A stretch of 64,000 nt of DNA, from the NCBI RefSeq assembly GCF_006345805.1, contig NC_043001.1, forward strand, positions 48,050,001 through 48,114,000, in the 5' to 3' direction. The position numbers and the translations under genes are program-made. The stretch comes from Octopus sinensis (Eukaryota). Shown here piece by piece: positions 25,245 through 40,068 of this stretch. The notes under the pieces were generated by a model. The model worked only from the letters and a program-made list of their open reading frames with translations, had not been told where the DNA came from and did not search any database. How positions within the stretch are numbered: the stretch's first letter is position 1; each line of letters opens with the position of its first letter.

Positions 25245-26800
25245 TTATTGTAAGGTTGTTTCTTTATTCATTATTAAGGGTTCACAAAAAAACACAGGGG
25301 ACAAAACTGGATAATACAAAGTGGGAACAAGACGTGTAAACAAAAGAACAATAAATAATATTCTAACAATCAAAATCCCCCCCACCAAAGGGAGACTCCC
25401 CGTGACTGCTCGTAGAAACCCATAAAAAATTACGATCGCCCTGGACTCTCGGAGAAGTGCCTTCTCTTGATCTACCTTCAATCTAGAGGCGCATGCTTAG
25501 AGTAGTCCCGTTGAATCGGGCCATTCGCGTTACATTCACCCACCTTTCTACAAAATTACTGGGGTACAGGAATTCCCTCTTTCACGAAAACGTTGATGAG
25601 ATAATTGGTCAAAGAAGAAAGTTCACTGTATTTCCTGAGGTGGAGGTTGTCTTGAATGGATCCGCTTGGAGTTGAACATGTTTGTGCATCACCAATCTGT
25701 TCCACACACACACAAGCGTCAACCTCTTTGCTGACCCCTAGGCCAAGCTTGTTGAGTTTACCTTCAGCAGCGTTTTGGGTGGGTCATTTCTCAGCACTGC
25801 CACCGCTCCTCGACTCACAGAACTAGAAATTCTCTCGCCCCGCTCCTAATAGCGGCATATAAAAGTAAAGCTCGTAGGGCAATCAAAGAAGGTTATTTGC
25901 ACCCCCGTGCAGCCCATAATCGCATCTCGTATTTCTGCTGCTGTTATCAGCATTTTTCAATGCTCCGTCCCGCTTGCCGAGAGATTTGGCTTGCCGTCGA
26001 GAAAGGCACTGAAGTTCATCCTGAGTTCTAGACTGCCATTCGTCCCACACTATTGAGCGAAGTGATGCTGATATGCCATACACACTTGCTAGATCTCGAG
26101 TATCTTGCACCAATTTTGGTCCACCAAAGACCAGATTGTGGGTTTCTTGTCAAGTTGCGCCTCTGCCACTCGGGCCAATCGAGCGGTTTTCTTTTTATCC
26201 TTTCTTAGAACACGTACCTTAGCTCAAACAATGCACCCTTTGTACTTAATATTGAAGAATTGGTCAAGGGCCAATCGCGCCACGAACACGTCGATTTTGA
26301 TGACTTTCCTAAGCGCTTCTTCTGAGTTTCTAAATTTCCCACTATTCTATATCTTTCTGTTGCTAATGGCTTACTAAATCTAATTTATTCTATTCCAACT
26401 CCCACTTTCAGAGCAAATCATAATTTCTTGTTGACAATTGACCTCGTCAGCGCCCGCTTGGTTAATTCGCTAATCCGGTCTCTGTAATCCTGACACAAGG
26501 GAAGTGAGCGTTCAGCTTCCAGTATCCGGGCCAATGCCTAAGAAGTCCATCTAAGTCGACCGTGCAGATTCCAAATTTGTGGTCTATGTGTCTGACGATT
26601 TTTAAAATTGGACAACTTATACTCTCCTTACCTACTAACTAGCGTAATACTCAACCGAGATACGATCTAGATGGCCTGGTGCAGTTCGTCGATGTCCACA
26701 CTCACACATTCAGGAAATCCAGTCGGTACCTGTCAGACATTTGAAAATCTCTGAGCAAGCTTGCGAGTCTTTTGTACCCCTCCTCCCCTAAGAGCTAGCC
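25245..26800 (-). mobile_element. L1/Tx1-like LINE remnant with large internal deletion
   Basis: GPGYWKLN (end of APE); LALDQFFNIKYKGCIV*AKVR; ITAAEIRDA...ISSSVSRGAVAVLR...AKRLTLV; then jumps to C-terminal FVERWVNVTRMARF; 3' UTR with AATAAA near 25262. Confidence 0.72.
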
Positions 26801-27344
26801 CCAAACAATCTGAACGTGCATTAAGTGACTTTCCAGTCACCATTAGCACAAAATTCCAGAAGTCTAAAGAAATGCACCATCAACGCCAATGGGAACAGCA
26901 AAGCCACCGCCATCAACACCACCACCAACATCATTAACGAAAACACAAGTAGAAGGAAAACGAATCATGTAAATATGCTGTTAGCAGTTTCGGTACGCAA
27001 CGCGGCAAATAGGTGAAGAATTTTTTATAAATGAAAATGAATTTAAAATATTCAAAATGTTTGTTGGAAAAATGTGGGCAAAAAGTGGCAGTGAATGACC
27101 CGCTCTTCAGTGTAAATGGGAGATTGGAGTATCACCTTCGATGCTCGATAAGATTGTATGGCTTTTTCCAATAGGAGAGGGTTGTGCAGAAAGCTATCAA
27201 GTCTTTTAAAATGTTCCCAACTGACTGGATTTCTTGAAAGTTAAAAATAAGGAAACGACGAATCGCATCCGGTCTTCCTGATGCGATAAATAGTGAATTA
27301 TGTTGACCAATATATAGGTAAAGAGTAGCCTGTTCACAATATTA

Positions 27345-27480
27345 AGTCACCGGCTACACAGCCCACATATCTGTAAACTGTGCCACGATCTAGATGAAAC
27401 GGTATTTGACATGTAGAATTTTGTTTTTTGTGTGTCGCAGATAGTTACGTCAGATCTGTTGTATTTGCATCTTACAGGAG
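27345..27480 (-). mobile_element. short R4-like endonuclease fragment
   Basis: CKYNRSDVTICDTQKTKFYM parallels CKHNRSDMMI*DREEKLC at 2908-2960. Confidence 0.5.
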
Positions 27481-27831
27481 CAATGAGAGAAATATACGTT
27501 AAACTGGCAAATAACTTATTTTCATGAAATTTAATTTGAAGATATTGCACCGGAACGAAGCTAGATTAACTTTCACTAAAATTTTCAGAAATACACAGAT
27601 ACACAAATACACACTCATACACACAATGCACACACTCTCATACACACACACGCACACACATACACACATACATACACACAATATATAAACTATTAAAATG
27701 GGTTCACATATTGTTCCTTTCCTTGTTCTATATCTATTTCTCCAAATGTACGTATACACCCCCCACACACACGCATATATATATATATATTATATATATA
27801 TATAAATACACACACACACATACATATATAT

Positions 27832-27902
<71 letters not shown>

Positions 27903-28001
27903 CATGTATGAATGTATGTCTGTATGCATGCATGTATGTATGTATGTATGTATGTATGTATGTATGTATGTATGTATGTATGTATGTATGTATGTATGTA
28001 T

Positions 28002-28420
28002 AGGCACAGGAATGGCTATGTGGTAAGAATCTTACTTCACAACATCATGGTTCCGGGTTCAGTCCCACTTCATGACACTTTGGGCAAGTGTCGAGCCGGC
28101 CAAACCCTTGTGAGTGGATTTGGTAGACGGAAACTCAAAGAATCCCGTCGTATATGTATGTGTATGTGTGTGTGTGCGTGTGTGTGCGTGTGTGTACGTG
28201 TGTGTGTGCGTGTGTGACTGTGTTTGTCCCCAACCTTTGCTTAACAACCGATGTTGGTGTGTTCACGTCCCTGCAGCTTAGGGGCTCGGCAAAGGAGGCC
28301 GATAGAATAAGTACTAAGCTTACAAAGAATAAGTTTTGGGGTTGATTTGTTCGACTAAACGCGGTGCTTCAGCATGGCCACAGTCAAATGATTGAAACAA
28401 GTAAAAGAAAAAATAAAAGA
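28002..28420 (+). mobile_element. SINE family 1, near full length
   Basis: Same head, core, internal (TG)n and tail as 19928 and 54451. Confidence 0.9.
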
Positions 28421-28749
28421 AAATATACATACATACATACATACATACATACATACATACATACATACATACATGCATACAAGCATGTCATTCTGGTTAC
28501 GGGGTCTTCAGCGAGCTAACTCCGTATGTCAATGCATTTCTGTCTACTGCTATAAATTTTCTCCGCGACAAAATTAAGTGAATAGCTTTCTTACATATTC
28601 GAAAACGTCTAAAGCATATTATGAACAGGCAAGAAGTTTGTAGTTATGCACACCACTTCTTAGAACTGTTACCGCGTAATATGTTTGTGCGCATATTTGC
28701 ATACACGCACACAAACATAAACACACACACACATATATATGTATGTACT

Positions 28750-28815
<66 letters not shown>

Positions 28816-29163
28816 TATACACACACACGCACACACAGACATTCATATAGAGGGATACGTAACAGAGGAACGTATTAATAGGGGAAGCCGTATCAATTGT
28901 TTAAAAGAGTGTGTGCACATTTTCTAAAAGTCACATCCGTACACAGTCGCACAAACATACACATATAATTATATGCCTCTTATATATTTATATGTGTGTG
29001 TGTAAATTTATATATATGTGTGTGTATATATATATATATATATACAACAACGACCAACCCCACCATCATCACCACCACCATAACGGCAGTAATAATGACA
29101 GTAGCAACAACACCATCAACAACATCAACAACGACAATGACAACGAAAGCAACAACAGCAACG

Positions 29164-29469
29164 TTGGAGGCGCAATGACCCAGTGGTTAGACAGCGGACT
29201 CGCGGTCGTAGGATCGCGGTTTCGATTCCCAGACCGGGCGTTGTGAGTGTTTATTGAGCGAAAACACCTAAAGCTCCAAGAGGCACCGGCAGAGGGTGGT
29301 GGCGATCCCTGCTGTACTCTTTCGCCACAACTTTCTCTCACTCTTTCTTCTGTTGACCTGCTCGCTTAGCCAGCGGGGTGGCGTCATTTGAAGGCTAAAA
29401 AACAATGCGAAGTGCATTGTGACCAGCGATGTGTAGAAACATCTGATAGCCTGGTCGCTCACGGTGATA
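29164..29469 (+). mobile_element. SINE family 3 head/body with a second tail type
   Basis: Matches 2235 and 55830 up to actttctctcactctttcttc (about 29350), then diverges. Confidence 0.88.
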
Positions 29470-29495
29470 TACATATATACATATATATATATATA

Positions 29496-29533
<38 letters not shown>

Positions 29534-29574
29534 TATAAAAATATGTATATATATATATATGTATATATATATAT

Positions 29575-29998
29575 GAATTTTGTTTTATTTGTTCCAGTTA
29601 TTTGGCTGCGGTCATGCTGGAGCACCGCCTTTAGTCGAACAAACTGACCCCAAGACTTATTCTTTGTAAACCTAGTACTTATTCTCTCGGTCTCTTGCCG
29701 AACCGCTAATTTACGGGGTCGTAGACACGCCAGCGTCGGTTGCCAAGCGATGGTGGGGTACAAACACAGACACACAAACACACACACACATACACACACA
29801 CACACACTCACACACACGCACGCAAATATATACTTATACGACGGGTTTCTTTCAGTTTCCGTCTACCAAATCCACTCATAAGTGTTTGGCCGGGCCGAGG
29901 CTTCTATTGAAGGCACTTGCCCAAGCTACACGCAGTGGGACTGAACACGGAACCATGTGGTTGATAAGCAAGCTACTTACCACAGAGCTACTCCTGCG
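29575..29998 (-). mobile_element. SINE family 1, near full length
   Basis: Reverse complement of the 54451-type copy, with internal (CA)n. Confidence 0.9.
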
Positions 29999-30007
29999 CA
30001 TATATAA

Positions 30008-30043
<36 letters not shown>

Positions 30044-30894
30044 ATGTGTGTGTGTGTGTGTATCTATTTATATGTATATATATATATGCATGTATGTATA
30101 TACATACAGGCACACACAGACACACACAGACACATACACACACACACACATATATCGCACACAGGCACGCACATGCGCATAGGAATATATGTCCACACAC
30201 AAAAATATAGAAATATGCAATATGTGTGTGCGTGTGTACCCGTGTGCGTGTGTGCCCATGTGCGTGTGTGTAGACGTATGCACACGAGCACACATTTACA
30301 TATACAGATATTATAGATTAACAGAAACATATGTAGATACATGCACGTATACATACGTTCATACATACATAAATTCATACATTAACAAACGCATACAATG
30401 CATTAATGCATACGTCGATATATTCATGTATGCATAGAAGATGAAGATTGGAGTGACATAACGATAGAGTTGCACATATATCAACGAAGATGGAAAATTT
30501 AACAGATGGATAGACGGATGGATGAATGGATGGAAAATATAGTAAACCGACTGGTATTCATTCGCATAGACACACACGCTGATACACACACACACAGATA
30601 TACATACACACACGTACACATATATAAACATAAATACATGCGTACACATACACGCGTATACACACACACACACACAGATATATATATATGTGTATACATA
30701 TGCTTGTGTTTGTGTTTAGGTGTGTACTTGTTTGTGTTTACGTGTGTACTTTTGTGTGTGTGTGTGTGTCTGTGTGTGCGTCTGTGTGCGTGTGTGTGTG
30801 TCTGTGTGTGCGTGTGTGCGTGTCACTGTGTGTGTGTTTGTCTGTTTGTCTGCTCCATCTCTCTCTCTCTCTCTCTATCTCTATCTCTCCCTCC

Positions 30895-30926
<32 letters not shown>

Positions 30927-31779
30927 GTACTGAGAGGAAAAGAAGCGAAAGAAGAAAGAAAATGGCTGATCGACGGACAGACAGACTGACGGCGAAGTTG
31001 ACAAGTTGTTTAATAATTACCTAGTCAGAAAGGTACAGAGACTGATAGATAGATGGGAAAAGAAGTATACACACACACATACAAGCACATACACACACAC
31101 AAGCACACACACACATCTACACACAAGCTTATATACATATACATACATGCAAATTCGTGCACAAGCACATTCTTATATACATACATATGTCGGTGTGCGT
31201 TTGTGGTGGCGTGTGTTTATATTTATATTTATACATGTAGCCGTGTGCGTATGGGTATGTATGTATATATATATATATATATATATACATATATATGTGT
31301 GTGTATAATATGCATGAAGATTTGTACGTGTTTACGTGCATACGTGCGTGTGTGCAAGCGTATGTGTGCGTGTGTACGAGTATATACTCGTTTACGCAGT
31401 GACAGACTGCCTGGCACGTGATAAAATCGGTCGCTCTTTAGAAAATAACTGACCCGTTTTTGAACCAATCAGATGCCTGTGTTTGCTATCTCCTTCAGCA
31501 GTGTTGGCGATGATAGTAACGTCAGCGGCGTCGATGCTGATGGTGTTGGTGCTGGTGTTGTCAGAGCTGCATCATATAAAGGTGAATTGAAAACTGCACG
31601 TATTTGCTTGCACTCTTTCTATCAGTACATCAGCCGCCATATTTGATTTAGTAAAACGAGTGTGGGAGAAGTGTTCTTCGGAATTGGATGCGAGTGCAGT
31701 TTGGAATCGGGGGTGGGGGGTATGTAGTTTCTCCAAACTCATGGGTCTTTTTCTTGCTGTTGATGACAACCGATAATAG

Positions 31780-31811
<32 letters not shown>

Positions 31812-32350
31812 GTGTTCATGATGAGGAGGATGAGGATGAGGATGATGATGACGACGATAATAACGATGATGAGGAGGAGGAAGAGGAGGACGACGACGAC
31901 GACGACGGTGATGATGATGATGATGATGATGATGACGACGACGACGTCGACGATAATGATGATGGTGTCAATGGTTTGATGACGATGATGGTGTTCATGA
32001 TGATGGTGTTCATGATGATGATGATGGTGATGATGATGATGGCGACTCACTAACTTAAACAATGGTGAAACGTTGACGGTGATAATGTGATGATGTCGTT
32101 GATTTTAGTGACGATAATGATAATGTTGACGACTCGTGACCGATATGCTGGAGTTACCCATGTAATTGTTGCAGTATTTATTATATGATGATGACGACAA
32201 TGATGATGATGATGATCATCATCATGATCATCATCATCAACATCATTATCCTGATCATGATCATGAGGATGATGAGAAGGGGGAGGAGGGAGTAGGAGGG
32301 TTGAGGTGGTGGAGGTGGCGGTGGCGGTGGTGCTTGTGGTGGTAGATGTG
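31780..32350. repeat. (GAT/GAC/GAG/GGT)n low-complexity tract
   Basis: Read directly; it generates the poly-D, poly-M, poly-H and poly-S ORFs. Confidence 0.9.
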
Positions 32351-32464
32351 ATGGTGTGGTTGATAGTGGTTGTCGTAATGGAATAGTTGAGACATTGTTG
32401 CTGTGTTTACTTCATGTTGTGGTTATTGCTGTTGTTGCTATTGACTGCCGTGTTTTGTCGAAAC

Positions 32465-33090
32465 AACTAATCTGTTGCATATATTGCTTCCGTTGGTGAG
32501 AGATCAGAGATGGTATAGTGCTCGCCAAAATGCCGATAACTTTCTGAGTTTACAACTGGAGGCGGTTTATATTGAGCAAATAATAACTCGAAGGAGATAT
32601 TTTTCTGCAATCCAAACGTGCGTAAATAGCGGCTTTGCAAGGGGCAGCTTCCGGAACCTGTCGCCAAAAATGGGCATAAATGGTATAGCCCTAGACAAAA
32701 TGTCATGCATACAGGTATGTTCTGAGTTCATATCCGGAGCAGGTTTACATTGAGCAATAATAATCCGAGAGATATATTTTCCCCAATCTTAACGTGGATA
32801 AGCAGTGGTTAAGTAAGAGCCAGCTTCCAGAATCTGTCACCAAAACTGTACGTTTCGAACTCAATGTGATACTTTGCATGTAGTGGAATTATGAGGGAAT
32901 AATTCACTACGAATTCATTCCGGACGGTCTAACCATCGATGGTTAACCTGTACTCCGAACAGCTGAAGATGATGTATAACATTATGCGGCGGATGTATGC
33001 CATTTTATGGCATTGGTTAACAGAAAATGAGTTCGTCTGCAGCAAGATAACGCACGATCTCACACCGCTTGAACGATGAGGAATAAACAC
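32465..33090 (+). mobile_element. decayed mariner transposase fragments
   Basis: WLSKSQLPESVTK...VILCM*WNYEGIIHYEFIPDGLTID..LYSEQL...LQQDNARSHTA. Confidence 0.8.
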
Positions 33091-36064
33091 AATCTTCTTC
33101 AGTTATCGACCAGAGAGTCAAACGGAATTTTGCCCCTTCAATGATAATATTGGCTCCCTTCTGGTGGCGCCGGCTGCAAGAAGCCGCTGGAAAATGGTGA
33201 GCCAACGAACAAGGGACCGAACATGACAGAAAGTGAACAAACAAACAAAAAATTAACAGATATGTAATACAGAAAGTGAACATACAAACGTGAATAAATG
33301 TGATTCAAGATGAGACCATTAGTGGAGACGAGGTACAAAGACGAAAACAAGCAAGACATACGAACAAACTGAAATAAATAAACAGAATACGGACTTAGGG
33401 TCAGACAGGAGACGAAAATATGGTTAACGCCAAGAGGAATAGCCTAAAGGATTAGAAAGAGAAGGACAGAACATAGCGAAAAGTGGGAGACGAGAAAATA
33501 CAACCAGACGCTTCGGTATGAAAAGGAATGGAGAAAGAGAACAAAAGATGACGATAACCCCCTTACCCCCCCCCCCCCACACACACACAGACACACAAAC
33601 ATACATACATTCATACATATACTCCATACAGCTGTTCAGATATGTATGTTTATTTTCCCAGCTGTTAACATTTCTAGACATTTTTCATTTACTGTTTACC
33701 TATGCATGTATAATTTCCCGTGCGTTCACATCTTACTTTTCAAATTGTTCACGTCTGTATCATTATAAGCTCATATTTCACATCTGCTTTTATAGGTAAC
33801 GGACTTTGTACTTCTGTAACCATTCTTCCCCAACACTGTTTACATCAATACATATCACTCTAACCGTTAATTTCTGTAAGCAAATTAACTTAATGTTTAC
33901 ATCTCTATATATTAACATCATTATTTATTCGTCTCCAAGTATCTGGCTCACTTGTCTTTAATTTCAATCTTTCTTTAATTTAAACAACAAATTACAATTG
34001 GTTTAATATAAACAAATCAAAGGGAAGTAAAAAATTAATTCCGTGAGGAAGACGAAGCACGTAAGAAAGACTTCAGTCAGTACTCTTTTTGATACTGAGA
34101 ATATTTGGTACTTATTCAGTATGATCATCAAACATCGCACTCCGACAATATGTATGTACTTACTGCCTGAAACCTTACGCTTTTCCCTTTCTTCGCAACA
34201 AAATCCTTAATTTGAACTATTTATAGTCGCTAATTACTGTTACAGGCCACCTCTTGCTGTTCCTGGTGCTATTCTGTACTTTAGAGTACATCACATTTGA
34301 CTTCATCTTCTCTTTGTTCCATGCATTTCATTTTCATTTTGTTCAGGCATTTCATAGGCAAACTGTTAATAATTTATCAGTATATTTTGTTGACTTTTCT
34401 TGTGTTATCACCACCACCACCACTACCACCACCACTACCATCAACATCATCACCAGTAGTAACAGTAAGACCACCACGAATAACAACATTAGTACAACCA
34501 TGGCCAATGTGGATGCTACGCGAGCAATAAGCAGAATGGTGCTTCCCCGGATGGAAATGGTGCGTAAAGAACACTAGCATCAGAACAATCGCCATCGTTA
34601 CATCCATCATGGCCGCCAGAAACGGGAAACAGCAGCATTAACAACAACAGCGACAATTAATGGAATAATAGCGACAACGAGTACTATATTGACCAATATA
34701 ACAATAACATCACAATTGCCTTTTAAGTTGTATATTTTTTTTGTCAGAGCTACCTGCAGATTTAAACATGGCATCCTCAAAATACAAGCAGAAAATTGAA
34801 GGCGGTAAAGAAGTCCGTTTTACAGTTTTCCAGATAAAAAGATCGTTTCCAAACTCCCGATATGACGGAACGCGTGAACAGCAGGGCAGTAATGAATCAA
34901 TTCAAATGGATGAAGAGTAGGTGGGTAGAGAAGTTCCGGCAGATCGAGAGACGTGATTTTCATCATTCACACCAGACGATATGGGCCTGTAGAAGTGAGA
35001 ATCATTTCAGAAAGGCATGCTAAGAAGCATAACCATAACACTTGCTTGTCGGAGAAAGTGTCTGAATAGACACTGATATTCCATAGGTTTTTGCCATTCT
35101 TATTACTAAGATGGTTAAGTAGCGGAGGTAAAGAGGGGAAATCTCCCACCAGACTTACGCATTCAATGGTTGGCTGCATATGTTGTTATAGAATGTCAGA
35201 CAAAAGTTTTTCAAATGAGTAGATTTCGCCCAAACACAACAATTCTTGTTGGCAAATCTATTTGACATCAAGAAATAATGGCAAATACAGCTGTTGGGTA
35301 AATATGTCTAGCTGCTGGTGGAATGGACGTACACCACATACAAATGTTTCTACCTATTTCTAAGGGCAGTAAAACTAACACAAATATATAGCGACAAGAA
35401 GAAAAGAGAACAACTAAAACTCAGAGATATTCACCTCAATTAAACGCCCTCAGACAAAAAAGAAAGAAATTACTTTGGTGCTGCTATTCCTAAATAAGAC
35501 AAAGATTTTCAGAGGGACTGTATTATCTCAGATTATGATACTCATGTTTTTCACCGATGCAAAATAATTGCATCAGCGAAGTAAAATTAGTTGTATGGAG
35601 ATTGAAACTTGCCATGAAATTACATTAGATAATCATTTCATACTTGCTGTACAGAGCTAAATATTGTCTGAAATATTTAAAGATATCTTCTAGCTAAAAT
35701 GCGTTGGTGTATCTCAAGCAATATGGTTAGATTGTGAGAATGGCGTCTTTGGAGTTAGATATAGTTTATAGCACTGCGATAAACTAATATTAACTAAACG
35801 ACAAGATATCAATAATGTCAGGATGGTGTAATAAAGAGTATGAGTTTAATGCTAAACCGTGTTGAGAGATGAGAAGAGTGAGAGCGATATGAATTTAGTG
35901 AGGTAGATGGAATGCAAGAATTTGCATTACAAATACGCAAATATATATATATATGCATATATATATATATATATATATATCACGAGAGACAGATAGACAG
36001 ACAGACAGAGACGTAAATAGCTGATCCGATGAATAAGTTGATAGAGAGAAAACAAAAATGAAAG

Positions 36065-36112
<48 letters not shown>

Positions 36113-36146
36113 GTATATGTATATGTATGTATGTAAATATATATGC

Positions 36147-36188
<42 letters not shown>

Positions 36189-39100
36189 GGAGCGAGAGAG
36201 AGAGAGAGGAGAGAGAGAGAGGGAGAGAGAGAGGGGGAGAGAGAGATGGATCTTGAAATTACGTATTGTTTGTAGAAACACAATGTCAGTTACAAGTGGT
36301 TGGTTTTGATTTATCATTTATGAATAAATACTCGCCTGTTCTGAAGCTCAGCGGGTTACATCGCTGTAATCTACGCGGTCACTGAACCTTCTTGGAATAG
36401 GAATAAAATTTGCTTTAAAGAATACCAGGCAATCTTGAAAACATAAAGACTACCATTGATAATATTGTCCTAGATATGTCTGCTCTTTTGGGTGTTGATA
36501 TGAGGTTAGCAACAACAACAAAAACTGGCTCTCGGTTGTTCGAATACCTCTCGATGCTTTGTTTCCTAAATTAACTGTTCTTGTATTCTAAATATTTTTT
36601 TTCCTTCTAAATTGGAATAAAAGAAAACATTTCTCTGTTGCATCATAATTTCATAATCACGCCCAATATAAAGATTTCAATTTTTACTCGCAATTTCCTT
36701 TCTCATATTACATCGAATTTGTCACTAATGTGTTAAGTTGCTCGCTTCTCTTGACTGAAAGAAGTGTAAGTTTGTTTTGTTTATTTATCTGGAGGGAAAG
36801 ATTTTGTTCGAGGTTTTTATAGGCCCTCTAAATTCATAAGATGGACGCGGTTAACGTTCCTCTTGTAAGTCAATATCTGCAGAGAAAAAGGTGTGCAAGG
36901 AAAGGATTCTAGAGGAATGACATTCTAAGAAGGAAGGAATGGGTGGAAGGAATCGATATGGGAGATGAAAAGAGCGGGTTGAGTGAGCTGTGATTATCTG
37001 ACTGGTTATGGCAAGATGTTATCCAGCACCGAGGCACGGAGGTTATTGCAGTAAAGATAGAATAGCTAGAGAATAGAGCAAACCTGTGGGCCAGTGATTA
37101 GAATGCATTGGTGAGTGACATCATGTCAGTCAGTCAGTCATTTAAGTGGTGTCTCTCTGGACAGGGTCTTGCTCAATGATTCGCAGACTGATAAATATCA
37201 GATCCATTCCCAAATTTCTCTGCCTTTCTCGCAGTGCTATAAACCACAATAAATTACAAATCGCCATATCTACAATTTACCGGTATTATATGAGACACAC
37301 CATTGATATTCCAATGTACCTTTAATACGTGCCTAATAGGCAGTGCAGTATAGCAAGTATGGATCAATAATATTAAGACAAAATTTTTATTTTCTTTTTT
37401 GATTTTTGGTCAGTAAGTGTTATTTCTTATTAGCTTCTGTCTAAAAATCAAACGAAATGATTACTATTCCCTTCAATGTTTGCTTTTGTAACCGGACGTC
37501 AGTATTTTGAAACTTACCTATTTTCTATTACCTTTCAGACAATGTCGGTGCAGAGTTGCTAAAGCAGAAATATCATACCAAATATCACAGATTTGCCTGT
37601 CAGTTACTTGACCATACCCACTTGAGCTTGCCCCTTAGTGGCTGACAATAGTTGCATCTCTGAACATGAGCAGCAGTAGTGATGGGGCATCATAGCCATG
37701 TATTGAGAGGAAGGCTTTGTAGTTTGAATAAATGTAACAAGAGCAAAGTTTGAAGGAAATATTAGCCATTTTTCATAATTTCTAGGAGTAAAGAAATAGG
37801 AAATAACAGTGGCTACCCAAGGACAAAATTTATATTACACACTGTAATCTAACGTAATTTCACGATAGGTTTAAGTTTCCAATCTCTCCATAATTTCTAT
37901 CACAACTTCAAGAGCTTCTGCGCAACGGAAACGCATGTTTGCCTGTCACTTCTATTAAATCAATCACGACTCAGTCGTATCTTCTCTCTCTATCGCCATG
38001 CGTATTATTCCCATCCTCGTGGTCCGTGTTAATCACTACTCTGATTTGACTAGAGAAATTTTTAGACCATCCTCTACAAACTCACTTTTAATGAACGAAA
38101 GAATACCGCTTGCATCCATGTAATTCTTCAAACTTCATCATAATTTTATTAAACATAACAATTTGACTCCCATTTTTTTTCTCAATTGTTGTGAAGATGT
38201 ATGTGTTAGCTATTAGGATGTTCCGCTCATGATCAAAAACTCATGGATCCGATTTCTGGACCTGGCAACACGTTAAGCACTTCAGGAAGACATTTATTTT
38301 ACAGATGTAATGAGAAGTAGTCATGTGCCAGTGCAGCTGTTTTTTTCCAGTTGTCACATATTCGTTGTTCCACTATGTCAAGGATCAGAGAGTCAAGAGC
38401 GTTTCCCGCGACTATATAGACACATGACAGATAACGAAATCATTATACCAAGTCGTACTCTATCGCAACTGACGGCCAATTATACTTTCTAAAATTTCTT
38501 CAATCTCACAGGTTCCACCTCCTTAAGATAAACACTGATCTGGAACATTGAGTAAATTGTATCTTTTGATGAGGCAGAAAATTTCGATAGATGTATTGGT
38601 GTTGTAAGAGAAGGATGAATGTAATATTATAATCCTCACTATATTTCTGCTTTTACTGGTTACTTTCAATGGACTGTGACTATTCTTCTCATCAAGGATT
38701 TGAGCCCAGTTACATTTTGCAATGCGAAAAACGTGTGGTTAGGTAAGTGGACTCTTGATTAAAAGGTTGTTGTTTCGATTGCTTGTCTGAGAGAAACATT
38801 GTGTCCTTGGGCAAAGCAGTTTACCTCCCATTAGTTGAATCCTCTAAGCTGATAAAAAAAACCTATTAGGTGCGACATACCACCCAGCGTCAAGTTAACG
38901 CGGCATTGGTATAAACAAAAGCATTCAGGTATGAGGAGGTGTATGTCCAGATGTAGATATATCCTTCTATACACGCAACTTGTTTCGAATCTATGATTTA
39001 TTTTATTGATAACTGTTTATGAAATGACTTTAACGTGCATAACGCGGCACATCGACATTTATACAGGTATATATATATAAACACACACACATACACCCCA

Positions 39101-39304
39101 CACATACACATATATACATACACACATACATACACGCACACACACACAAGCACGCATACACACATGCACATATGCACAAGTGGTGGTGATTGCAGCCACT
39201 CTTCCGATTGAAGCAAAAATAATATAATATTAATTAGTCTTCCATTGCCTACATCACCTTTAGAGCCCCAGCAATTTTTGACAGAAATGTCACCATTATT
39301 TTAT

Positions 39305-39694
39305 TTATTTACTCTTTTACTCTTTTACTTGTTTCAGTCATGTGACTGTGGCCATGCTGGAGCACCGCCTTCAGTCAATCAAATCGACCCCAGGACTTAT
39401 TCTTTGTAAGTCTAGTACTTATTTTATCTGTCTCTTTTTGCCGAACCGCTAAGTTACGGGGACGTAAACACACCAGCATCGGTTGTCAAGCGATGTTGGG
39501 GGGGACACACAAACATGCACATACATATATATGACGGGCTTCTTTCAGTTTCCGTCAACCAAATCCACTCATAATGCTTTGGTCGGCCCGAGGCTATAGT
39601 AGAAGACACCTACCCAAGGTGCCACGCAGTGGGACTGAACCCGAAACCATGTGGTTCGTAAGCAAGCTACTTACCACACAGCCACTCCTACGCC

Positions 39695-39695
<1 letters not shown>
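39305..39695 (-). mobile_element. SINE family 1, near full length
   Basis: Reverse complement begins ggcgtaggagtggctgtgtggtaagtagcttgc. Confidence 0.92.
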
Positions 39696-39733
<38 letters not shown>

Positions 39734-40036
39734 TTAGTGACCGGGCGGGATTTGAGCTCAGAATGTGCAGATCAGAACTGATATCGTAGAGCATTCGGTT
39801 CGACGCTCTAACAATTACGCTAATTCAACTTCCTTCACTATTAATTTTTTTCTATCGATCCCAAAGAAATGAAAGGTGAACTCTGCAGTATTTGAATTCA
39901 CACTGCAGAAGATAAGAACTGCGAGGCATTCTTTTCCCACATTCTAATACTCTAGATTTCGCCGCCTTCATGAACACACAGATATATGCGCCCATGCATG
40001 ACTATGTGTGAATTTATCAGTGTGTGTGTGTGTGTG

Positions 40037-40068
<32 letters not shown>

